Positions 48,855 through 59,477 are shown, counted from the first letter of the stretch. The stretch is 64,000 bases of DNA from Bacteroidia bacterium (GCA_044377005.1 JBILJV010000001.1:34999-98998); one strand, 5' to 3'. Program-made: numbers and translations. The notes: a model not told the origin generated them from the letters alone.

Positions 48855-51800
48855 ATGTCAGGTCAAAAACAAAATAAAAAAGCTACTTTGGTAGAGATAA
48901 AAAGATTGAAAATAGAAGGAGAAAACTTCTTTTGTATTTCAAATTATGATGAAATGCGTCCCTTTTTTATGAGTGTGGTTAGCGATTCGCACCATTGGAT
49001 GTTTATATCTAGCAATGGGGGAATTTCTGCTGGTCGCAAGAATGCCGAATATGCTTTGTTCCCCTATTATACTGCGGATAAAATTACGGAATCCTATGAT
49101 ATAACAGGCTCTAAATCTATTTTTCAAATTATTCAAAATGAAAAAATTCATGTTTGGGAACCCTTTTCAGAAAGGAATAATAGCTTGTTCAACGTTTCTA
49201 GAAATTTGTATAAAAATGCAATTGGGAATAAAATTATTTTCGAAGAAATAAATCACACTTTTGAACTTACATTCAGGTACGAATGGAACTCAAGTGATCA
49301 ATACGGTTTTGTTCGTAAATCTTCTCTAGCAAACAATGGCAATCAAGCCTTAACCGTTGCTATATTAGATGGAATACAAAATATTATGCCTGATGGTGTC
49401 GGTGCTGATTTGCAAAACTCAACGAGTATTTTGGTAGATGCTTATAAACGCAATGAACTTGAGATAGAATCAGGTATGGGTATCTATGCACTCAGTGCAA
49501 TAATAGTTGACAAGGCTGAACCAAGTGAAGCTCTAAAAGCAAATATTGCTTGGTCTATAGGTTTTGATAAACCCAAATTCTTGCTTTCTTCCCTTCAACT
49601 TAATGCCTTCAGAAACGGAGAGGATGTTGTTCAAGAAGAGGATATTAAGGCAGAAAAAGGGGCTTATTTTATTAATCAAAAAATAACCTTAGCCAGTGGC
49701 GAAAAGAAATCTTGGTTAATTGTAGCTGATGTTAACCAAAGTCAAGCAAATGTAGTCGAACTGACCAATGAAATTATTTCAAATAATGAACTAAAAAAGC
49801 AAATTGAAAATGATATAGAATTAGGCTCTAAGCGCTTAAAGGAACTGAATGCTTCCTCTGATGGAATTCAATTGTCAGATGATGTTTACAGAGATACTCG
49901 ACATTTTTCTAATACTCTTTTTAATATAATGAGAGGGGGTATTTTTGATTTTAACTATCAAATTGAAAAAAAAGACCTCGTCAGTTATCTTGAAAATGCC
50001 AATAAAGATGTTTATGAAATTCACAAGGACTTGTTGCATAGCTTGGATGAAGTTTTTAACGTTTTTCAATTGCAAGAAATATACAGCACAATTAATGACA
50101 ATAATTTTAAACGACTTTGTATAGAGTATTTGCCACTTAAGTTTAGCCGAAGACATGGAGACCCAAGTAGACCATGGAATAAATTTTCTATCAATACACG
50201 TAATGCGGATGATCATTCTAAGGTGTTGGATTATGAGGGGAATTGGAGAGATATTTTTCAGAATTGGGAAGCTTTGTCCATCTCTTATCCTGCATTTACC
50301 AAAGGGATGATTCATAAGTTTTTGAATGCAACAACATTCGAAGGCTATAATCCTTATAGGGTTACAAAGAGTGGATTTGATTGGGAAACCGTAGAGCCGG
50401 ATAATCCTTGGTCGTATATCGGTTATTGGGGTGATCATCAAATTGTTTATTTGCTCAAATTGTTGGAAATAAATGAGAAATACTATCCAGGCCAACTGAG
50501 TAGTCAATTCAGTGAAAACCTATTTGTGTATGCCAATGTTCCTTATAAAATTAAAAATTATCAGGCGATTTTAAAAAATGCGAAAGACACTATTCAATTT
50601 GATAAAAAGTTAGATGAAGAAATTAGAGAAAAACGAGTTTTAATTGGTTCAGATGCTGCATTGCTTTTTGCGCAAAATGATAAAATTTACAATGTCAATT
50701 TTATTGAAAAAATATTGGCCACAATTTTATCTAAACTTTCAAATTTTATTCCCGAAGGTGGTATTTGGATGAATACCCAAAGACCTGAATGGAACGATGC
50801 TAATAATGCTTTGGTTGGAAATGGAGTTTCTATGGTTACATTATATTACCTCAGAAGGTTCCTTGAATTCTTCGAAAAACTAATTGAACCAATAGATGAA
50901 GAGCGCGTAGAATTGTCGAATGAGTTAATCATTTTCTTTAAAAAAATTCATGCTACATTCGATGACAACTTAGCTTTGTTAGATTCAGGGATAAATGACA
51001 GTCAACGAAAAGCAATTCTTGATAGCTTAGGACAAGCAGGAAGCGATTACCGTGAACATATTTATAAACATGCTTTTTGGGGCGAAAAAAGAACTATATC
51101 ATACCGAAGACTTAAAAGCTTTGTTAAAGTAAGTCTTCAGTTTATTGAACATACCATTAAGGCTAATAAGCGTCATGATAATATGTATCATTCATACAAT
51201 TTAATGACACTGAATAGCAAAAACGAAATTTCAATCAACTATTTAAGTGAAATGCTTGAAGGTCAAGTTGCCGTTTTAAGCTCCGGATATTTGTCTCCTG
51301 AAAGTGCCCTTAAATTATTGGATAGTATGAAAAGTAGTGCCCTTTTTAGAGAAGATCAACAAAGCTATTTACTCTATCCTAATAAGCATCTTCCTAAGTT
51401 TTTAGATAAAAATAGAATTCCTATTGAATTAATCAAACAATCGCATCTTCTTTCACTTATGTTTAATGATGGAAATAAATCAATTATAGAGCAAGATTTA
51501 AAAGGGGAATTTCGATTCAATGGGAATTTTAAAAATTCAAATGACTTGAGTAATGCTATTGATTTATTAAGCCATTCTAAATATGCATCATTTCTTAAAA
51601 GTGAAAAGAAACAACTCTTAGAAATTTTCGAATCTGTATTTAATCACAAGTCATTTACTGGTCGCTCAGGCACTTTTTATGGATATGAAGGTTTAGGTTC
51701 TATTTATTGGCACATGGTTTCTAAACTGCAATTAGCAGTCCAAGAAATGTGTATTCAAGCAATAGAGTTACATGAAAGTACTGAACTTGTTGCAGGCTTG

Positions 51801-52307
51801 TTGAAGCATTATTACGAAATAAATGAAGGTGTTGGTGTGCATAAATCACCCACCATTTATGGGGCATTCCCAACCGATCCATACTCGCATACGCCAAGTA
51901 ACAAAGGAGCACAACAGCCTGGAATGACTGGTCAAGTAAAAGAGGATATTCTGAGTCGATTTGGTGAATTAGGTGTTTTTGTCTCGAAAGGTTGTTTGTT
52001 TTTTAACCCTTGCTTGTTGAGAAAAAATGAATTTATATCTCAAAATCGACAGTTTCATTATGTAACTCTTGACATGGAACACAAATCATTAATGCCTGAA
52101 ATTGGTTCCTTGTGTTTTACCTATTGCCAAATTCCTATTGTATATAGATTGTCAAATGATAATTATCTTGAAATTGAAAAAAGTGACGGCACTGTTTTAA
52201 GGAATAATTCATTGTATTTAAATGAAGAATTAAGTCAACAAATATTTAAAAGAACGGGTGCTATATCTATAATTACAGTTTATATCAATGAATCTATTTT
52301 GAAATAA
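48855..52307 (+). CDS. Large cytoplasmic protein, candidate glycoside phosphorylase/hydrolase (GH94-clan, e.g. GH149/GH161-like)
   Basis: 1150 aa with no signal peptide, embedded in a glycoside-hydrolase operon next to an MFS importer; family assignment is inferential and no motif was verified. Confidence 0.35.
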   Translation: MSGQKQNKKATLVEIKRLKIEGENFFCISNYDEMRPFFMSVVSDSHHWMFISSNGGISAGRKNAEYALFPYYTADKITESYDITGSKSIFQIIQNEKIHVWEPFSERNNSLFNVSRNLYKNAIGNKIIFEEINHTFELTFRYEWNSSDQYGFVRKSSLANNGNQALTVAILDGIQNIMPDGVGADLQNSTSILVDAYKRNELEIESGMGIYALSAIIVDKAEPSEALKANIAWSIGFDKPKFLLSSLQLNAFRNGEDVVQEEDIKAEKGAYFINQKITLASGEKKSWLIVADVNQSQANVVELTNEIISNNELKKQIENDIELGSKRLKELNASSDGIQLSDDVYRDTRHFSNTLFNIMRGGIFDFNYQIEKKDLVSYLENANKDVYEIHKDLLHSLDEVFNVFQLQEIYSTINDNNFKRLCIEYLPLKFSRRHGDPSRPWNKFSINTRNADDHSKVLDYEGNWRDIFQNWEALSISYPAFTKGMIHKFLNATTFEGYNPYRVTKSGFDWETVEPDNPWSYIGYWGDHQIVYLLKLLEINEKYYPGQLSSQFSENLFVYANVPYKIKNYQAILKNAKDTIQFDKKLDEEIREKRVLIGSDAALLFAQNDKIYNVNFIEKILATILSKLSNFIPEGGIWMNTQRPEWNDANNALVGNGVSMVTLYYLRRFLEFFEKLIEPIDEERVELSNELIIFFKKIHATFDDNLALLDSGINDSQRKAILDSLGQAGSDYREHIYKHAFWGEKRTISYRRLKSFVKVSLQFIEHTIKANKRHDNMYHSYNLMTLNSKNEISINYLSEMLEGQVAVLSSGYLSPESALKLLDSMKSSALFREDQQSYLLYPNKHLPKFLDKNRIPIELIKQSHLLSLMFNDGNKSIIEQDLKGEFRFNGNFKNSNDLSNAIDLLSHSKYASFLKSEKKQLLEIFESVFNHKSFTGRSGTFYGYEGLGSIYWHMVSKLQLAVQEMCIQAIELHESTELVAGLLKHYYEINEGVGVHKSPTIYGAFPTDPYSHTPSNKGAQQPGMTGQVKEDILSRFGELGVFVSKGCLFFNPCLLRKNEFISQNRQFHYVTLDMEHKSLMPEIGSLCFTYCQIPIVYRLSNDNYLEIEKSDGTVLRNNSLYLNEELSQQIFKRTGAISIITVYINESILK

Positions 52308-52311
52308 TAGA

Positions 52312-53595
52312 ATGTGTAAGATCCGTCTGTTATATCGTCTTTTGTGCATACTTTCGGTTATTCTAATTGCTTGCAATAATCACAATTCTGTAAAAAGGAA
52401 TAAAGGTGAAAAGCCCTTTAGCAAAAAAGCTTTTCAAATATTAGGGGATACGAATTACCAAGCAATTTGCTATGGAGGGTATAGGAAAAATACTCGAGAT
52501 TCACAGCCTACTTTATCTCAAATAACAGAAGATATGCGGATTTTGAATGCAATGGGGATTAAACTGTTACGAACCTATAACACTCATTACAATGAAATAG
52601 AAACTTTATTGCAGGCAATCACACATTTACGTTCTGAAAATTCGAATTTTGAAATGTATGTAATGCTAGGAGTTTGGATAGAATGTGAAAATGCATGGAC
52701 AGAAAAAGAGCCTAGCCATGACAAGGAAAATGAGAAAGCAAATGCGGCAGAGATAAAAAAAGCGGTTGAATTGGTCAATCAATATCCTGAAATAATTAAA
52801 ATGATAGCCGTTGGAAATGAAGCAATGGTAAAGTGGGCTACTAATTATTATGTTCAACCTAATGTAATTTATAAATGGGTTAATTATCTTCAGTTGTTGA
52901 AGAAAAAAAATCAGTTAGACAGGGATTTATGGATTACCTCTTCAGATAATTTCGCATCATGGGGTGGAGGCGATACTTCATATCATGTCGATGATTTAAA
53001 AAAACTTTATCAGGCCGTTGATTTTGTTTCTATTCATACTTATCCAATGCATGATACCTATTATAATCCTAGTTTCTGGGGAACATTGCCAATAGAAAAT
53101 CAATTGTCAAATGAAACTCAAATAGACTCTATTATGAATAGAACATTGGATTATGCAAAAATGCAATATCTTGGAGTTTATAATTATATGAAATCTATTG
53201 GCGTTAATAAGCCAATTCACATAGGAGAAACAGGTTGGTCAACGAATTCTAATGATTTGTATGGGAGTAAAGGAACAAGCGCTTGTGATGAATATAAATC
53301 GGCTAGATATTATCAACTCATTCGCGAATGGACCAATAAAGAAAAAATGACCTGTTTTTATTTTGAAGCCTTTGATGAAAATTGGAAAGATGCCAATAAT
53401 ATTGGTGGTTCTGAAAATCATTTTGGTTTATTTAAAATCAATGGAAATGCCAAATATGCACTTTGGAATAAAGTGGATAAAGGCGTTTTTAAGGGATTAA
53501 CTAGGGATGGGAACATCATTGAAAAAACATACAAAGGGAATAAAAAAAAATTGATGAAAACTGTAGAATTGCCTTTTAAATTAAAACAAAAATAA
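52312..53595 (+). CDS. GH17-like beta-1,3-glucanase/transglycosylase lipoprotein
   Basis: Lipobox LIAC; acid/base AVGNEAMV and nucleophile IGETGWST match GH17 motifs (xGNE / ETGWPS). Confidence 0.6.
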   Translation: MCKIRLLYRLLCILSVILIACNNHNSVKRNKGEKPFSKKAFQILGDTNYQAICYGGYRKNTRDSQPTLSQITEDMRILNAMGIKLLRTYNTHYNEIETLLQAITHLRSENSNFEMYVMLGVWIECENAWTEKEPSHDKENEKANAAEIKKAVELVNQYPEIIKMIAVGNEAMVKWATNYYVQPNVIYKWVNYLQLLKKKNQLDRDLWITSSDNFASWGGGDTSYHVDDLKKLYQAVDFVSIHTYPMHDTYYNPSFWGTLPIENQLSNETQIDSIMNRTLDYAKMQYLGVYNYMKSIGVNKPIHIGETGWSTNSNDLYGSKGTSACDEYKSARYYQLIREWTNKEKMTCFYFEAFDENWKDANNIGGSENHFGLFKINGNAKYALWNKVDKGVFKGLTRDGNIIEKTYKGNKKKLMKTVELPFKLKQK

Positions 53596-55104
53596 ATGAA
53601 TATTTTGCCAAACATATCATTCTTTAACAAGTTTTTGCTTGTCGTTACTTGTATGGCTTTAGTTCAATGCACAAATGATAATATGAAAATTGAAGTTTAT
53701 GAAACCTCCAAAAGCGGAAATGCCTTAACTCTTGTTTCTGATTTTAAAACAGCTGAAAAGATAGTAAATATGTCAATTGACCCAGAGGTAACCTATCAAA
53801 CTATTGTTGGTTTTGGAGGTTCATTTACAGAAGCTTCAGCCTCTTTGCTCAACCAATTAAGTAAAGAGAAAAAAGAAGAAATACTGCAAGCCTATTTTGG
53901 TGATAATGGAGCTAAATATTCTTTAAGTAGAACACACATGGCATCTTGCGATTTTTCAAATACTAATTACACGTATGCCAAGCTTGAAAATGATTTGGAT
54001 TTGAAAGGCTTTACAATTGAAAATGATATTGATGATTTAATCCCAATGATATTAGAGGCTAAAAAAATATCGAAAGAAGGTTTTAAAATGATTGCTTCGC
54101 CATGGACTGCACCACCTTGGATGAAAGACAATAATCATTATGTGGGAGGGAAATTATTGCCTCAATATTACGATGTTTTTGCCTTGTATTTTTCTAAATA
54201 TTTGGATGCTTATAAAGATAAAGGAATTGATGTTTGGGGACTTACTCCCATTAATGAACCTCATGGGAATGGGAATAATTGGGAAAGTACCCATTTTACT
54301 CCTAAAGAAATGACAGATTTTGTTGAAAATCATTTGGGTCCTAAACTTGAAAAAGATGGGTGGAACGATATTAAAATTTTAGGTTATGACCAAAATAGAG
54401 CTGGAATAATAGAATGGGTGGATGAGATGTTCAGAAGTGATAAATCTTCCAAATATTTTGCAGGAACAGCTTTTCATTGGTATGAGAGTACCTATGAGGT
54501 TTTTCCGGAAGCATTGTCTTATGCACATCATAAAGCCCCCAATAAATTACTTATCGAAACAGAAGGTTGTGTGGACTCAGAAGTGCCCAAATGGCGAAAT
54601 GACCAATGGTATTGGGAAATGGAGGCAACGGATTGGGGTTGGGATTGGGCGAGTGAAAAAGACAAATACTTGCATCCTAAATATTCACCTGTCAACAGGT
54701 ATGCCATAGATATTATTGGGTGTTTAAATAATTATGTAAATGGTTGGGTGGATTGGAATATGGTATTAAATAAACAAGGTGGTCCTAATTGGTTCAAAAA
54801 TTGGTGCATTGCGCCGGTTATTGTTGATGCCGAAAATGATGAAGTTTATTACACTCCATTGTATTATGTAATGACACATTTTAGTAGATTTATGAGGCCC
54901 AGCGCTATGAAAATTAAATGTGAAATAGATCAAAAGTATCTTCATGCAACTGCTGTAAAAAATCCAGATGGAACTATTGCTGTTGCTGTGTTTAATCCAA
55001 TCAATGAAACAGTTGCTATAAAATTAAAACTAAATAACCAATTCCAAACATGGACCATAAACCCCCATGCCATTCAAACAATACTCATCAACAATTATAA
55101 ATAG
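53596..55104 (+). CDS. GH30 family glycosidase lipoprotein (probable beta-1,6-glucanase)
   Basis: Lipobox VQC; GFGGSFTEASA N-terminal signature; acid/base INEP; LLIETEG nucleophile region. Confidence 0.65.
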   Translation: MNILPNISFFNKFLLVVTCMALVQCTNDNMKIEVYETSKSGNALTLVSDFKTAEKIVNMSIDPEVTYQTIVGFGGSFTEASASLLNQLSKEKKEEILQAYFGDNGAKYSLSRTHMASCDFSNTNYTYAKLENDLDLKGFTIENDIDDLIPMILEAKKISKEGFKMIASPWTAPPWMKDNNHYVGGKLLPQYYDVFALYFSKYLDAYKDKGIDVWGLTPINEPHGNGNNWESTHFTPKEMTDFVENHLGPKLEKDGWNDIKILGYDQNRAGIIEWVDEMFRSDKSSKYFAGTAFHWYESTYEVFPEALSYAHHKAPNKLLIETEGCVDSEVPKWRNDQWYWEMEATDWGWDWASEKDKYLHPKYSPVNRYAIDIIGCLNNYVNGWVDWNMVLNKQGGPNWFKNWCIAPVIVDAENDEVYYTPLYYVMTHFSRFMRPSAMKIKCEIDQKYLHATAVKNPDGTIAVAVFNPINETVAIKLKLNNQFQTWTINPHAIQTILINNYK

Positions 55105-55125
55105 TCTTATATTAAACCATCAATC

Positions 55126-56688
55126 ATGTCAGTTTTATCTTCAAATAGCAGAGAAAAAGTTCCCTTTATTCAAAAAATTTCATTTGGTTCGGGTCACTTA
55201 GTCCTCAATTTATTGCCTGGAGCACTAGGAGTATTTAGCTTTTTTCTTTTTACAACCTTTGGTATGGATCCAGTTCTTGCAGGTTTGTTAGGTGGTTTGC
55301 CAAGGATTTATGATGCATTAACCGACCCAATTATGGGTTTTATATCAGATAATACAAAGTCTAAATGGGGAAGAAGGAGGCCATATATTTTTATTGGCGC
55401 TATCCTTAGTGGTATTTTCTATATTTTATTGTGGCAACTAAGTCCTGAAAATTCTCAAATGTATAACTTTTGGTATTTTTTGATTTTTTCAATTGTTTTT
55501 TTTACCGGAAATACCATTTATGCAACCCCTCTTGTTGGTCTTGGTTATGAAATGACATCAGATTATAATGAAAGAACAAAATTAATGGCCTTCTCCCAAA
55601 CGATTGGTCAGTTTGCTTGGATGATAGTCCCTTGGTTTTGGGTGGTCATTGCGGATCCTAAAATATTTGCAACCCAGGCAGAAGGGGTAAGTCAATTATC
55701 GTTTTATGTAGGTGCAGCATGTATCGTTTTTGGTATATTGCCTGCATTTTTTTGTAAAGGGATAGACTCTCAAAACATGGGAAATAGAAAGGAAATTAGT
55801 TTAAAAACAGTAGGGTCTAACATGAAAGACTTATTTGTTTCAATGAAGCAAGTCTCCAAAAACAAGCCATTTATGAAATTGTGTGGTGCTACTTTCTTGA
55901 TATTTAATGGGTTTCAAATTGTAGCGGCATTTAGTGTATTTATTATAGTGTTTTATATGTACAACGGGAGCTATGCCGCAGCAGGAACTTGGCCTGCATG
56001 GTTTTCAACTATTTCTGCTCTTTTAACAGCTTTTTTGGTTATCCCTATTATTACATGGATGTCAAAAAAATGGGGTAAAAGAAATGCATTTATTATTTCA
56101 ACGATTATTTCAATTGTTGGTTATATTCTAAAATGGTTTGGGTTTAATACTGAATTAAATTCGCAATTCAATCAAACAGTTTTATCTCATAAAATGACCA
56201 ATGCGGTAGGCTCATTTTTTGAATTGATAAATCCAATGCTCGCCGATTTGAATATGTCTTGGTTTTCAATCAATACCTCAAATGAAATGCCTTGGTTAAT
56301 ATTTTTACCCATCCCATTTATTGCATTTGGCTTAGGGGGACTATTTACGTTAATGATGAGTATGACAGCAGATGTTTGTGATTTGGATGAACTTGAAAAT
56401 GGTATGCCTAGAAAAGAAGGAACCTTTGGTGCTATTTATTGGTGGATGGTCAAGTTAGGTCAAGCGCTAGCTTTAGTTCTAAGTGGATTAGTGTTAAAAT
56501 TAATTGGTTTTGATGGTGGTGCAGCTTCACAATCTACTGAAACTATGTACTATTTAAGAATTGCAGATATTATTATTCCTTCGGTAACAGCAGCTATTGC
56601 AATAGTTATTATGTGGAAATATAATTTAGATGAAGAAAAGTCTAAAAAAATTAAAGAAGATTTAATTGCAAGAAGAGGCGAAATATAA
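55126..56688 (+). CDS. MFS glycoside-pentoside-hexuronide (GPH) family sugar:cation symporter
   Basis: 12 TM helices; GPH-family motif DxxTDPIMGFISD in loop 2-3; conserved RRRPYI motif. Confidence 0.75.
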   Translation: MSVLSSNSREKVPFIQKISFGSGHLVLNLLPGALGVFSFFLFTTFGMDPVLAGLLGGLPRIYDALTDPIMGFISDNTKSKWGRRRPYIFIGAILSGIFYILLWQLSPENSQMYNFWYFLIFSIVFFTGNTIYATPLVGLGYEMTSDYNERTKLMAFSQTIGQFAWMIVPWFWVVIADPKIFATQAEGVSQLSFYVGAACIVFGILPAFFCKGIDSQNMGNRKEISLKTVGSNMKDLFVSMKQVSKNKPFMKLCGATFLIFNGFQIVAAFSVFIIVFYMYNGSYAAAGTWPAWFSTISALLTAFLVIPIITWMSKKWGKRNAFIISTIISIVGYILKWFGFNTELNSQFNQTVLSHKMTNAVGSFFELINPMLADLNMSWFSINTSNEMPWLIFLPIPFIAFGLGGLFTLMMSMTADVCDLDELENGMPRKEGTFGAIYWWMVKLGQALALVLSGLVLKLIGFDGGAASQSTETMYYLRIADIIIPSVTAAIAIVIMWKYNLDEEKSKKIKEDLIARRGEI

Positions 56689-56722
56689 GTTTTACTTTTT
56701 AAGTAATTTGTATTTTAAGAGT

Positions 56723-58258
56723 TTACTTTAGTTTATTCTCCAAAATCAAAAAGGGAATTCCCTCTTTTATCCATTGTTCTTCTATGCCTATTTTTGGCAC
56801 AACTTCCATAATCAATGACCCCAAGCAAATGTCCATGTCGCCGTCATTATCAAAGTCGCCACAATCCATTAATATCCATCTTCCTTTGTTTACTTTATCT
56901 ATGGAATAGGCCTTGTAGTTATTGGCTTTGTAAAAATTGCCACCTAAGTTTTTATAAAACACAAATCCTTGTTCCAATTGATGTTGCCAATCAGGGAAAA
57001 ATGAGATAGCGGCAATGTCCTTGTGACCGTCATTGTCAAAGTCGTGAACAAATGCCGAGTATGCGCCATTTAAGGGAAGAAATAAACTGTTTTTGAAGAT
57101 ATTTTTCCCTTCGTTTTCATAAAAATAAATGCCGTGATATGGTTTTAATATGGGTAAAAAGTCAGCATTGTCGCCAGCTGTATAGATTATGTCTTTTTTG
57201 CCATCGTTATTCAAGTCTTGAATTTGTAGGGACGACGAACCATAAGAAGGGGGGAATTGCAAAACTCTTTCTCTCTGAAACTGACCATTTCCTTGATTGT
57301 AATATATATCAATACCCTCGTCGGCTTGCGCAAATAGGGCAACAATGTCTTGTTTGCCATCATTGTTCATGTCTTCAATATAAGCCTTAGTTGCGCCTGG
57401 TTTGTCCAATAATATATGTTTCTTGTAATCGCCATTGCCTAAGTTTTTAAACCACGACAAGCATCCTGTAAATTTACCAAATTCGCAAACCACTAGGTCT
57501 TTCAAACCATCGCCATCAATGTCTGATACGCTTGTATGAACAGGTCTTCTTAGCTGGTCAATAAGTATTGTAGCTCCTTCAATTCCATTTTTTGGAAGCG
57601 ACATTATCATACCTTTAGGGTTATCAGTAGGCGCAAACTGTCCCATAAAAGTAACGTATTGTTGGGTTTCTGTCTCATTAACACAAACCGCACCTTCTTC
57701 AACCTCTATAGCACGTTTAATGCTAAAATCGGGGTTTAATTCAATAAATTGTTGTTTGTTGGCGTCACCAAAGTAAAGTCCTCCATTTTTTTTGAATTTA
57801 AGTAAAGTAGTGGAAGGTGGCGAAAAAACGTTAGGTGGAATGAAGGCTTTAAAAAAAGGGTTGTTTTTTTCTAAAGCCATAGGCGTGGTTTTTAATTCTT
57901 CAGGAGCATTTTCAATAAAATATTTTTTTATTTTTTGCCAATCTTCATTGCTGATTACAGGTTTTGATGGGTAAATATTTTTTTGAATTAAGAAGGAGTC
58001 CCCCTCATTGTTTTCAAACAAAGAAAGTCTTTCTACTTCCGATTTGTAAATACCTAAAAAGTGACCCATTTTAGGTAAAACATGTTGTTCCCACATTGCT
58101 TTACTTAAGTGTCCAGGTTGTGGAAGTTGATGACATCCTTGGCAATATCTTTCAGCTAAAGCATACCCTTCATCATTGTTATTGGAAGTTGTATTGCACG
58201 ACCAAATCAGTAAGTGTAACGTAATGAATAGGATAAAATAGAGTAAAAGTCTGAACAT
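56723..58258 (-). CDS. Lipoprotein with N-terminal c-type heme motif (CxxCH) and FG-GAP beta-propeller repeats
   Basis: CQGCHQLP with a downstream Met (PKMGHF); five or more DxDxDGxxD calcium-binding FG-GAP repeats (DIDGDGLKD, DMNNDGKQD, DLNNDGKKD, DFDNDGHKD, DFDNDGDMD). Confidence 0.65.
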   Translation of the reverse strand: MFRLLLYFILFITLHLLIWSCNTTSNNNDEGYALAERYCQGCHQLPQPGHLSKAMWEQHVLPKMGHFLGIYKSEVERLSLFENNEGDSFLIQKNIYPSKPVISNEDWQKIKKYFIENAPEELKTTPMALEKNNPFFKAFIPPNVFSPPSTTLLKFKKNGGLYFGDANKQQFIELNPDFSIKRAIEVEEGAVCVNETETQQYVTFMGQFAPTDNPKGMIMSLPKNGIEGATILIDQLRRPVHTSVSDIDGDGLKDLVVCEFGKFTGCLSWFKNLGNGDYKKHILLDKPGATKAYIEDMNNDGKQDIVALFAQADEGIDIYYNQGNGQFQRERVLQFPPSYGSSSLQIQDLNNDGKKDIIYTAGDNADFLPILKPYHGIYFYENEGKNIFKNSLFLPLNGAYSAFVHDFDNDGHKDIAAISFFPDWQHQLEQGFVFYKNLGGNFYKANNYKAYSIDKVNKGRWILMDCGDFDNDGDMDICLGSLIMEVVPKIGIEEQWIKEGIPFLILENKLK

Positions 58259-58349
58259 ACTGCAAAAAAGATTTTACGCAATTTTCATATTTTAACATCA
58301 ACTTAAAGGTAACTTGATGTTAAGTTTTAGTAAAACATGAGGTGTTATT

Positions 58350-59474
58350 TTACTTCGATACCTGTATCAAACCATTGCAAATGTTTTCCCAAGAGAAAAC
58401 GGCTTTGTGTGCTTCGGCATTTTTCGAGAATTCATCCTCACGTTGGTGTTCGTAAAAGTCTATTAATGCAGCAGCAATGTCTTCTTCTTTTTTACTTGTG
58501 ACATAACCTACCACTCCGTTCGGAACCGTTTCTGCTAAACCTCCCACATCAGTCACCAACATTGGTTTGTTAAAGTGATAGGCAATTTGCGTAACCCCAC
58601 TTTGGGTCGCTGAATGATAGGTTTGTACCACCATGTCTGAAGCGCAAAAATACTTGGATACTTCGGAGTTGGGGATAAATTCGTGATGCTTTACAATAGC
58701 TTCTTCTATGTTTAATGTTTTCATTAAATCGAAATAAGGCTGGCTATCTTCATAGAACTCTCCTGCCACAATTAACTTTACATTTTTGTCTTTCAGTCCG
58801 CTTTTGGCAAAGGATTTTAAAAGTAAATCGAGGCCTTTGTAGGCTCTAATAAATCCAAAAAATAACAAATAATGAATATTTGGGTCAAGGTTTAAAGCTA
58901 ATTTTGCCTCTCTTTTATCAATCATTTCACCAAAGTTATCGTACATTGGGTGTGGGATAAATTGAGATGGTTTCTCAGGTATTAATACTTTCAAATCGTT
59001 CAATACAGATTGACTCATAGTGATAAATCCATCCATGCTTTTTACGAAATAGTTAGTAAAAACTTTGTCGTAAAAATGTTTTTCGTGTGGGTGAATATTG
59101 TCTGCAATAGCTACTATTCTGCTTGTTTTGTTCGACTTTATAATACGTGCGACTGTTCCCAAAACAGGCGCCATAAAAGGCATCCAGTAACGGAAAACAA
59201 CCAAGTCGGGAGCCGATTTTTTGTATTTTAATCCTACATTAATCCAATTCAATGGATTGATGGAATTCATAGCGCTGTTTATCTTAGTGTTTTCAGGAGC
59301 TAGGTCACTTGAGTACTGTGTTTTGCCTGGGAATAATATCGAAGGATATTGTAATTTGAAACTCAATATTTCACATTCATGCCCTTGGTCTATAAATGCT
59401 TTGCAAAGCCTTTCGTTGTAAGTGCTAAGTCCACCTCTAAGTGGCCAACCTGGACCTGCAATAACAATTCTCAT
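58350..59474 (-). CDS. GT4-family glycosyltransferase
   Basis: GT-B C-terminal EX7E-like region (EFIPNSEVSKYF...DMVVQTY...VTDVGGLAETV). Confidence 0.7.
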   Translation of the reverse strand: MRIVIAGPGWPLRGGLSTYNERLCKAFIDQGHECEILSFKLQYPSILFPGKTQYSSDLAPENTKINSAMNSINPLNWINVGLKYKKSAPDLVVFRYWMPFMAPVLGTVARIIKSNKTSRIVAIADNIHPHEKHFYDKVFTNYFVKSMDGFITMSQSVLNDLKVLIPEKPSQFIPHPMYDNFGEMIDKREAKLALNLDPNIHYLLFFGFIRAYKGLDLLLKSFAKSGLKDKNVKLIVAGEFYEDSQPYFDLMKTLNIEEAIVKHHEFIPNSEVSKYFCASDMVVQTYHSATQSGVTQIAYHFNKPMLVTDVGGLAETVPNGVVGYVTSKKEEDIAAALIDFYEHQREDEFSKNAEAHKAVFSWENICNGLIQVSK

Positions 59475-59477
59475 GAC

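Noticed and set aside
58293-58322. 9-bp-stem hairpin downstream of the GT4 gene as a terminator
   Set aside because: Long loop and no convincing U-tract on the relevant strand; left uncalled.
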